DNA from: Bacillales bacterium UBA1188
GTDB lineage: Bacteria; Bacillota_I; Bacilli_A; Izemoplasmatales; UBA1188
Direction: 5' to 3'
Assembly (NCBI GenBank): GCA_002310135.1
Contig: DBYK01000003.1
Location: 24,939-88,938, forward strand
Length of the DNA stretch: 64,000 nucleotides
The stretch's first letter is position 1, and every line of letters begins with the position of its first letter. Made by a program: the position numbers and the translations under genes. The notes beneath the pieces are model-generated. The model was not told the origin of the DNA and made no database searches. It saw only the letters and a program-made list of their open reading frames with translations. This document shows, one piece after another, positions 48,788-56,537 of this stretch.

Positions 48788-49396
48788 ATGATAAGCATAC
48801 TATTTGCAATTGATGACTTTCAAATTGATTTTAAAACTATCTTAATAATTTTAGGTGCTTTACTCATTACTATCTTTTTCTTATATATAATTGGAAAGAG
48901 AATAAGATTTAAAGGAAAAGTTAAACAACAAAGCAAAAAACTAAAGAAAAAATTTGCGAGTACATCAAAAAGTATAGAAACTATAATGTCTGAAATTGAT
49001 CAAACAAAAAAATACAATGGTTCATATAATTCTTTAAGAGGTTCTACTAAATCTAAGATTACAAAATATCTAATTAAGTGGATAGAAAAAGTTCCATTCT
49101 ATGTTTCTTTGAATCATAAAGCTAGAGAAAATAAATACAGAATCGTATGTATTGCCATTCAAGATGATTTAGAAGCAAGAAAAAATAAAGGCCAATGGAT
49201 TTATAATCCATCAGTTAAGAATAAAAAGAATTTAAAAACTCTATTAAAAGTAATCAACAAATTTAAAGTATGTAAAGCTACTTTAGATGTAATTAGTCAT
49301 ATTTTTGAACAAGAATCAATAAAAGAAAATTTCAATCAATTATATTATTCACAAGAAAATAATTTATATGTTAAATATTTAACAACAAAGAGGTGA
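48788..49396 (+). CDS. Single-pass membrane protein with a basic cytoplasmic domain, function unknown
   Basis: About 202 aa counted from the ATG that follows the GAGAGG RBS. One helix (ILIILGALLITIFFLYII) is followed by KRIRFKGKVKQQSKKLKKK. No known motif. Confidence 0.5.
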   Translation: MISILFAIDDFQIDFKTILIILGALLITIFFLYIIGKRIRFKGKVKQQSKKLKKKFASTSKSIETIMSEIDQTKKYNGSYNSLRGSTKSKITKYLIKWIEKVPFYVSLNHKARENKYRIVCIAIQDDLEARKNKGQWIYNPSVKNKKNLKTLLKVINKFKVCKATLDVISHIFEQESIKENFNQLYYSQENNLYVKYLTTKR

Positions 49397-49415
49397 TTTT
49401 TCACCTCTTTTTTAT
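49386..49415. terminator. Bidirectional terminator shared by convergent genes
   Basis: AAGAGGTGA pairs with TCACCTCTT across a 4-nt TTTT loop. It overlaps both stop codons and is followed by a T-run. Confidence 0.65.
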
Positions 49416-50239
49416 GAATTAATTATTATATTTTCAATCATTGTTTTACATTCATCAACTGTTTTAAGTGTTGGACCAATTGATAGTGTTTCTTTTATTG
49501 TTCCCCTTAAAACATAATAGCTACTTCCATCAGGGTTTACTGATATAACAAAAGATTGTTTAGAGATTTGTTTAATAAAATAATCAATTAATCGTTTAGC
49601 TTCCTTTTTATTCACGATATTAAAACTCTTCAATAACAAATTTTTATCTGAATCATATAAATGTATTTGATAAGTATCTTCATTAGATTCAATTTTCCAA
49701 TTTGATTTAGATATTTTTTTATTTATTCCTAAGTCTGAACTAAATTCAATTAAAGTGTTCTCTTCAACTAATTCAGCAGAAAATGAAGCTAAATCATTTA
49801 TTTTTAAAATATAGTCTTTAAAAGTGATCAATTCATCTACTGATTCTCTAGAATCAGATATTGCAACTATTTGATTATTAAACATGTAAATTAATCTATA
49901 TTTACCATTAATATCTTCAAAAATATTATAATTATTATCCAATATAGAACTTTTTATTTTCGATAATATTTGTTTACAAACTAAGACTGAAGATGTGTTT
50001 TCACTTTCAAGTAATTTATTTCCTTTTGAATCTAATAGATAAATATAATAATCTTGAATAGCTCTTTTAACTATTATATACGAATCTTGAGTAATAGTTA
50101 ATTTCTTGTTATTTTCTTCTCTTGGCTTTTTAATGCTTTTAATCAAAATAACTATTAAATTGACTATAATTACAACTACAAGTATGAGTATTAAAATTAA
50201 AGAATAGTACTCTTTCAAAAAATCAATGATTGTAAGCAT
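49412..50239 (-). CDS. Membrane-anchored protein with four YegP (DUF1508)-like repeats
   Basis: 275 aa with an N-terminal helix followed by KSIKKPREENNKK. Four units of about 55 aa follow, each of the form aromatic-x-hydrophobic...(D/N)(G/K)N..L..S......(A/C)...I (for example YYIYLLDSKGNKLLESE, YQIHLYDSDKNLLLKS). Confidence 0.5.
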   Translation of the reverse strand: MLTIIDFLKEYYSLILILILVVVIIVNLIVILIKSIKKPREENNKKLTITQDSYIIVKRAIQDYYIYLLDSKGNKLLESENTSSVLVCKQILSKIKSSILDNNYNIFEDINGKYRLIYMFNNQIVAISDSRESVDELITFKDYILKINDLASFSAELVEENTLIEFSSDLGINKKISKSNWKIESNEDTYQIHLYDSDKNLLLKSFNIVNKKEAKRLIDYFIKQISKQSFVISVNPDGSSYYVLRGTIKETLSIGPTLKTVDECKTMIENIIINS

Positions 50240-50241
50240 TT

Positions 50242-51720
50242 TTATTCCTCAACTAATATTTCAAATGTAGATTTTGATTCTTTTAGAATCTTTTCAGCTA
50301 TAGGTGAGATTGATTGAAGTACAAAATGCAACTTCTTATCATAAACGCCACCTCTATAAATAAGTTTATAAAATTTAACATCTTCTTTAAGTAAACCTTT
50401 TTCTTTAAGTGTTTTGACAGAAACAACTTCATTATCTTCATATAGTTTATTTACAACATCAAGGTATACAATATCTCTTTCACCTTCAACTGGAATCTTA
50501 ACAGTTTCATAAGATTCAACAAAGTTATTATTATCATCAATAGATAAAACATATCTTTTTTCTTCTCTATAAACTGCGAAGTTGTTTTTCTTTTTAGACT
50601 GTATTTCTGCGACTAAATCTGCTTCAAATTTACTAGAATAATCGCCATATTTAGCATAAGTTTTGATAAGTCCTTTTTCTCTTAATGATTCTTTTGTTTG
50701 ATATTCATAAGAATAGATTTGTTTTTCTTTTATAAATCCTTCATCAAGTAAGAATCTCTTTTTTAGATCTTTAATAAGTTCGATACCTAATTCTAGTCTT
50801 TCATCATTCTTTATTCTAAGCATTAATGGAGTTTCTTTAAATAGCGAATAATTTGACACATTTTCTAATTTAAGTTTTCTTAGATTATATTTCTCAGGCA
50901 TTAGATTTAGATAAAGAACTAAATACTTCCCTCTTATTTGCATTTTAGCGAGTTTAATCTTACCGATTGAATAGGCATCGTACTTCCAGCTGATTCTAGA
51001 TTTGACTTTTATATATGATAATAATGTATTTTTTAAAATTGAATAATATTCTTGTACCTTTGAACTTGATTGTATTAATTTAGCTTCAAAACTTCTTCTC
51101 TCTTTAACAAATACTTTTGAACCATCCACAAATATAGGTACTTTTTTGTATTTATAATCATCTTTTTTATCATCTTTATAATAATTGTCTACTTCAACAA
51201 ATTCAGTTGGATCGTATGTATATTTTTCTTCTTTTGGTTCATATTTATCTTCAATTTGAATAAGGCCTCTTTTTACGAGTTCACTTTCACTTTCAATATT
51301 TAGATAATAATTCTCATTTGGAATCTTTGAAGTTTTTAATTTAAATAAAGCAATTTCTTCATCAATTAATCTAAATGCGTATTTAAGAGTTCTATCTGAT
51401 TTAACATGCATTTTAAATTTAGTGTCTTTATATCTTCTTCTATCACTTACATCTTCTTGATGATAAATATTTTGTGGATAATTATTTGGATCTAAATTCA
51501 AATAAAGAGAAACGTATTTTCCTCTTACTGATAATTTCGCAAAATTGATTCTTCCAACATTAAATGCATCATAAAACCAACTGATTCTTGATTTCATCCC
51601 ATTAATTGACATCAATTTATTCTTTAAAATCTCATAAACCTTCTTTACTCTATCATCAGATAAAATATATTTTGCGATAAATGATTTTCTATAAGTTATT
51701 GGAACTTCCTTTTTTGGCAT
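50242..51720 (-). CDS. Lysine-rich protein with an internal duplication and a uL15-like C-terminal domain, function unknown
   Basis: 492 aa. Residues about 11-125 and 209-325 are clear paralogues (SFIAKYI...MKSRISWFYDAFNVGRINFAKLSVRGKYVSLYLNLDP versus SFEAKLI...VKSRISWKYDAYSIGKIKLAKMQIRGKYLVLYLNLMP). The tail is LKEKGLLKEDVKFYKLIYRGGVYDKKLHFVLQSISPIAEKIL. Confidence 0.5.
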   Translation of the reverse strand: MPKKEVPITYRKSFIAKYILSDDRVKKVYEILKNKLMSINGMKSRISWFYDAFNVGRINFAKLSVRGKYVSLYLNLDPNNYPQNIYHQEDVSDRRRYKDTKFKMHVKSDRTLKYAFRLIDEEIALFKLKTSKIPNENYYLNIESESELVKRGLIQIEDKYEPKEEKYTYDPTEFVEVDNYYKDDKKDDYKYKKVPIFVDGSKVFVKERRSFEAKLIQSSSKVQEYYSILKNTLLSYIKVKSRISWKYDAYSIGKIKLAKMQIRGKYLVLYLNLMPEKYNLRKLKLENVSNYSLFKETPLMLRIKNDERLELGIELIKDLKKRFLLDEGFIKEKQIYSYEYQTKESLREKGLIKTYAKYGDYSSKFEADLVAEIQSKKKNNFAVYREEKRYVLSIDDNNNFVESYETVKIPVEGERDIVYLDVVNKLYEDNEVVSVKTLKEKGLLKEDVKFYKLIYRGGVYDKKLHFVLQSISPIAEKILKESKSTFEILVEE

Positions 51721-51739
51721 ATAATCACCTCAACTAAAA

Positions 51740-51760
51740 ATAGTAGAATATTTCTACTAT
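51740..51760 (-). terminator. AT-rich 9-bp hairpin between mtaB and the 492-aa gene (weak terminator or leader structure)
   Basis: ATAGTAGAA-TAT-TTCTACTAT. On the minus strand only TTTT follows, then the GAGGTGA RBS. Confidence 0.35.
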
Positions 51761-51817
51761 TATTATATAAATATTTATAAAAAAAGTCCATTAAAAATAT
51801 TAAAACGTGTGCTTAAT

Positions 51818-53116
51818 CTATAAGATTTGCGATAAAACAGCATCTTTCTCAATATTTAATAATTTAACATTAATTAATTTATTTAAATATTCTTTATTAC
51901 CTTTTGCCTTAACATATATATAATTGCCTGTATGACCATAGAGATAACCATCTTTATATATCTCAAATATGACATCTAATTCTTTAAATAAATTATTTTG
52001 AATATAAGATAAACTGTTATCATCTGATAATTTTAGAACTATTTTACTTCTTTCTTTCTTTATTTTTTCATCTACTTGGGGAAGCGCTTCAGCTTTAGTC
52101 CCTTTTCTAATTGAATATTTAAATGTGTGAATCTTTTGAAAATTAATATTTTTTAATGTTTCTAATGATTCATTAAAATCATCAATTGTTTCAGTTGGGA
52201 ATCCGACAATGAAATCAGTTGTAATTGATATATTATTAATTTCTTTTCTTATCTTATCAATTGTTTCAATAAAATATTCTTTATCATAATGTCTATTCAT
52301 GAGCTTTAAAATTCTATTGGAACCAGATTGTAAAGGAATATGAAGATGTTTCACAATCTTTTTACTATTTTTTAAAAGATCAATAAATTCATCAGTTATT
52401 TGTTTAGCTTCAATTGATGAAATTCTTATTCTATCTAAACCTTCTATTTTTTCTAATTCTTTAAGTAAATCAACTAAAGATGTGCCAATATCTTTGCCAT
52501 ATGAACCAGTATCTATTCCAGTAACAACTATCTCTTTATGCCCATTTAAAACCAACGTTTTGGCTTCTTTTATTACATCTTTTAGCTCCTTGCTCCTTGA
52601 ATTACCTCTAGCATATGGAATAATACAATATGAACAAAAATTTGTACAGCCATCTTGAACTTTTAAAAAAGCTCTTGTGTGTTCTTTGAAACTATCTACA
52701 AGTAAATTGTCATATTTACTATGAAAGATATTGTCGTCAATTTCACATATATCTTCTTTATTATTTATATATTCTAGTAATTTATTATATACTTCTTCTT
52801 TATTTGTGCTTCCAAGAACGATATTTAATCCAGGAATATCTTTAAGTGTCTTATCGATTTGTGCGAGACATCCAAATGCAACAGATATTCCATTTGGGTT
52901 CATTGATATAACTCTTCTAATTAACTTTTTAGATTTTCTACTTCCTTCTTCTGTAACTGTACAAGTATTGATTAAAGAAATATCTGATTTTTTTTGATCA
53001 GATACTCTTATTAATCCTTTAGATGAAAGTAATTGAGAAATCGCTTCAGTTTCATAATAATTTACTTTGCATCCTAGGCTTATCACTTTATACGTTAATC
53101 CTTTTAATTCATTCAT
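51818..53116 (-). CDS. mtaB: tRNA threonylcarbamoyladenosine methylthiotransferase MtaB (radical SAM)
   Basis: 432 aa with an N-terminal MTTase cluster (LGCKVNYYETEA ... NTCTVT), radical-SAM CTNFCSYCIIPYARG and a TRAM-like end. Confidence 0.85.
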   Translation of the reverse strand: MNELKGLTYKVISLGCKVNYYETEAISQLLSSKGLIRVSDQKKSDISLINTCTVTEEGSRKSKKLIRRVISMNPNGISVAFGCLAQIDKTLKDIPGLNIVLGSTNKEEVYNKLLEYINNKEDICEIDDNIFHSKYDNLLVDSFKEHTRAFLKVQDGCTNFCSYCIIPYARGNSRSKELKDVIKEAKTLVLNGHKEIVVTGIDTGSYGKDIGTSLVDLLKELEKIEGLDRIRISSIEAKQITDEFIDLLKNSKKIVKHLHIPLQSGSNRILKLMNRHYDKEYFIETIDKIRKEINNISITTDFIVGFPTETIDDFNESLETLKNINFQKIHTFKYSIRKGTKAEALPQVDEKIKKERSKIVLKLSDDNSLSYIQNNLFKELDVIFEIYKDGYLYGHTGNYIYVKAKGNKEYLNKLINVKLLNIEKDAVLSQIL

Positions 53117-53142
53117 ATTAAAACCTAATTCTATTACTTTTT

Positions 53143-54048
53143 TTAAAAAACCATTTTAAACTCTTTTGGAAGTGCTGCAGTGATTTCTATATCCTCGCCC
53201 TTATTAATGTCATAGAAGACAAGTTTTGAGGCATGAAGGCCTAATCTTCCTATTGGGTTCTTTGTGTATCCATATTTTTCATCAAAAACTATTGGATGAC
53301 CTAAATCATGCATATGGACTCTTATCTGGTTTTTCCTTCCTGTATCTATTTCAACTTTTAATAAACTATATTCTTTATTTTCATTTATAACCTTATATCT
53401 TGTGATTGCTTTTTTGCCATTTGGATCTTTTGTTGAATAAACCAAATTATTTGCGTTTAATTTTAAATAAGATTTAATAGTTCCTTCTTTCTTTTCAAAT
53501 ACACCTTCAACAAGCGCATAGTACTCTCTTACTTTAACGTCTTCATTCCAGTGCATTTTTAGCTTAGAATGAAGTTTGATGTCTTTCGCGAATAATAAGA
53601 CTCCTGATGTCTCCTTGTCGATTCTATGCAAAATATAAGGCCTTAACTTAGGATTTTTATTACTTAAATATTTTGAAACATAATAATAAGCTGATTCAAT
53701 CTCTTTATTAGATTCAATAGATAAAAGACCTGCCTTTTTATTAATCGCAATATAATCTTCATTTTCAAATATGATATCTAGTTTATAATTTGAATCTAAA
53801 TTATTATTTTTAACAATATCTACTCTGTTTTTCAATATTTTAACTTCATCATCTTTAGCGAGTGGATAATCAAATTTAGTAACTACAAAACCATTTACTA
53901 AGACTTTATGAGAAGATAATATAGATTTAACACTATTTCTTGAAAGTGGTAATTTATCTAATAAATAATCAAGCAAAAAAGAAGATTTATTAATCTTAAA
54001 AATATATGTATATTCTATTCTTTTTTGTCTATTATCGTTTTTATTCAT
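53143..54048 (-). CDS. RluA-family pseudouridine synthase with an S4 domain
   Basis: 301 aa with catalytic HRIDKETSGVLLFAK and GRKNQIRVH. Confidence 0.85.
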   Translation of the reverse strand: MNKNDNRQKRIEYTYIFKINKSSFLLDYLLDKLPLSRNSVKSILSSHKVLVNGFVVTKFDYPLAKDDEVKILKNRVDIVKNNNLDSNYKLDIIFENEDYIAINKKAGLLSIESNKEIESAYYYVSKYLSNKNPKLRPYILHRIDKETSGVLLFAKDIKLHSKLKMHWNEDVKVREYYALVEGVFEKKEGTIKSYLKLNANNLVYSTKDPNGKKAITRYKVINENKEYSLLKVEIDTGRKNQIRVHMHDLGHPIVFDEKYGYTKNPIGRLGLHASKLVFYDINKGEDIEITAALPKEFKMVF

Positions 54049-54050
54049 TT

Positions 54051-56534
54051 TTATCCAACAGTATTTAATTGAGCGAATATTTCATCTACTAGAGTATTAC
54101 TGTGAATAATCGCAGCCTCTCTTGTTAGGTGAGATACACTATCAGTACAATCTTCAGCACTGAATAGATGATCTAAATAATTTGAAATGTAAGGAAAACT
54201 AATAGTAGATTTAACTAAGTTTGCGAAATCACCATATAATTCACTTTCACATTCAAATGCATTTTCCCACATTCCTACATGTGCAAAATACAATTTAATA
54301 GAATAAGGTAAATATTTCTCCTCATAAATTCTTTCAACTTTAGTTTGCACAATATTAGCCAATACTTGGAAATTAGGCGCAGGAGTTCTTGGCTCTAAAG
54401 AATAATGAATTATTTCAAAATTTTCTGCCCTAGTGAAGAATTCATCAACAGTATCATTATAATCTAGATATGTTAGAGTTTCATTATTTAAAATAGCTTC
54501 TATTTTCGCGCCAAATGTGAATTCACTGCTTCCATTCATATAATCATAATATGAATCGAAAAATCTTTCATAATCTCTTATATCTATTAATTTTAATAAG
54601 TCATAATAAGTCTCAAATACATACCAAACAGGTAATTCTAATGTATTAGACATCATTGTTTGACCGTATTCTGGAATGAAAACCATGATATCATTCAAAT
54701 CCATAAAATATGAGAATAGTTCGAGCATCAAACAACCACTTATATATGCGTTTTGTGCACAATTTAAGAATGTATATCCTCTTTCACTTACTCTATCGTT
54801 GATAGTTTTGCCATCTATACCTTGGAATGTAGAACTTCCACCATAGAATAAAATATAATTAAGTTCTGAATCTTTATTCTTATTTAGTATTTCAAATCTT
54901 CTAATTGTTGTTCCAATTAAATGAGCTGTACCCATAGGTGGATAATAAGCATTAACTCTTAAATTCTTAAGATTAGGACAATCTATAAATGAAGAATCAT
55001 GAATGATTTCTACTCTATCTGTCATATGTAGTGTAGTAAAGTTTATGAGGTTATTAAATGCATTATCTTTTACTTCTATGATTGAGGTAGATAAATAAAT
55101 CTCTTGAACTATAGAATTATTAATTAAGAATGAAGAATCGATTATTTTAACTTCTAAGTCTTCTATATAACTTGGTATAACGAGCACACTATCATTTCCT
55201 TTATAATTAGTAAGTTTAATGCCAGTTTTGTTCTGATGGTTATCCAAAATATAGCTATATTCAAAATCTTCTGTGTTAGATTCTTTTATCCAAATCAAAT
55301 ATAAATCTATTTCTTTATTTTCTTCAAATACCCTTGAACCTAAAGAATATGATTTACCACTTCCATCAGAAAGAGTATTATATTCTTTTATTAAATAACC
55401 TTCTCTATAAAAAGTTTTATATCCCCATTCACCTAAAGATGCAGGATAAAGATATACTGGACTATCAAAAACATAATTGATTAATTCATCGGTTGAGTCT
55501 TTGATGTTTCCACCATTTGTATGATATCTCACTAAAGCTTTATAGTTATCAGCTAAGACAAAGACAGGTGTTATATCATCTATGTCTATTTCTTCACTTA
55601 TATTTAAATTATTTGCGTATGAATATAATTCATCATTCAACAAATAATGAGAAAAGATATATCCATGATTCGGATATGCACTAAGCGTTCTCTTATCATT
55701 ATCACTAAATACATCAAGCCTACCATTTGTAAAATACAAAGATGTAGTATTCTTTTTTCTAGTATAAATAATTATATCTTGATCAGATTCAACATTATTA
55801 AAAGAGATTACTCCATCAAGATAAATTGCGCCACAATTATTTGAATAATATTCATAATCATCATCTAGAATAATGCTAAATGTTGCGTCTTCTCCTCTTT
55901 CAATAACTAATTCACTATCACCATCTATAGTATATCCTTCGCCACTAAGTAGTCTTATAGTGTATGTATCTTTGATGATTGATTTATTTCTAAGTTGAAT
56001 ACTAATATCTAAATTTGATTTGATATTAAAGATAGTTAGAATTGAATTAGTATAACTATAATCAAGATTAATTAAAGAATCTGAATTAATAATTGAGTAA
56101 AATTCTTGGCTATCATCTATTACTAAAGATAATTCTATGCTTGAACCATATAAAACACTGAATGTTTGATCATAATTGACTGTTTCTTCATTCACTAAAA
56201 AAGATAAGCCATCAGTTTTATGAACAGTTACATTATATTCATTCTTTCTGACATCTAAAGATATTGTTTTATTTGTTTTCACATTATTTATGGATAATAC
56301 ACCATTTTCAAAAGTTGCTCCTGCATTATTAGAGAAATATGTGCATCCTTCATCTATAACTATATCGAAAGTTGCTGAAGCACCATATTCAATGTCTTGA
56401 TATTTAGAAGATGTTGTATGATAAAAATCCCCATCTTCAACCATTACTCTTAAAAGTTTAGAAGTAGTGTTTACATTACATGAGGTTAAAAATATAAAAG
56501 TTATTGATAATAAAAGTAATAAGAATTTTTTCAT
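54051..56534 (-). CDS. Large lipoprotein: three tandem beta-modules, a Listeria-Bacteroides repeat, BspA-type LRR and a C-terminal SGNH/DltD-like domain
   Basis: 827 aa with lipobox FLTSC. It has three repeats of about 85 aa (…YGASATFDIVIDEGCTYFSNNAGATFENGVLS…). It also has Flg_new-like YHTNGG...GYLIKEYNT...LYLIW, LRR_5-like IEVKDNAFNNLINFTTL and GGSSTFQG ... DSVSHL. Confidence 0.6.
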   Translation of the reverse strand: MKKFLLLLLSITFIFLTSCNVNTTSKLLRVMVEDGDFYHTTSSKYQDIEYGASATFDIVIDEGCTYFSNNAGATFENGVLSINNVKTNKTISLDVRKNEYNVTVHKTDGLSFLVNEETVNYDQTFSVLYGSSIELSLVIDDSQEFYSIINSDSLINLDYSYTNSILTIFNIKSNLDISIQLRNKSIIKDTYTIRLLSGEGYTIDGDSELVIERGEDATFSIILDDDYEYYSNNCGAIYLDGVISFNNVESDQDIIIYTRKKNTTSLYFTNGRLDVFSDNDKRTLSAYPNHGYIFSHYLLNDELYSYANNLNISEEIDIDDITPVFVLADNYKALVRYHTNGGNIKDSTDELINYVFDSPVYLYPASLGEWGYKTFYREGYLIKEYNTLSDGSGKSYSLGSRVFEENKEIDLYLIWIKESNTEDFEYSYILDNHQNKTGIKLTNYKGNDSVLVIPSYIEDLEVKIIDSSFLINNSIVQEIYLSTSIIEVKDNAFNNLINFTTLHMTDRVEIIHDSSFIDCPNLKNLRVNAYYPPMGTAHLIGTTIRRFEILNKNKDSELNYILFYGGSSTFQGIDGKTINDRVSERGYTFLNCAQNAYISGCLMLELFSYFMDLNDIMVFIPEYGQTMMSNTLELPVWYVFETYYDLLKLIDIRDYERFFDSYYDYMNGSSEFTFGAKIEAILNNETLTYLDYNDTVDEFFTRAENFEIIHYSLEPRTPAPNFQVLANIVQTKVERIYEEKYLPYSIKLYFAHVGMWENAFECESELYGDFANLVKSTISFPYISNYLDHLFSAEDCTDSVSHLTREAAIIHSNTLVDEIFAQLNTVG

Positions 56535-56537
56535 ATA

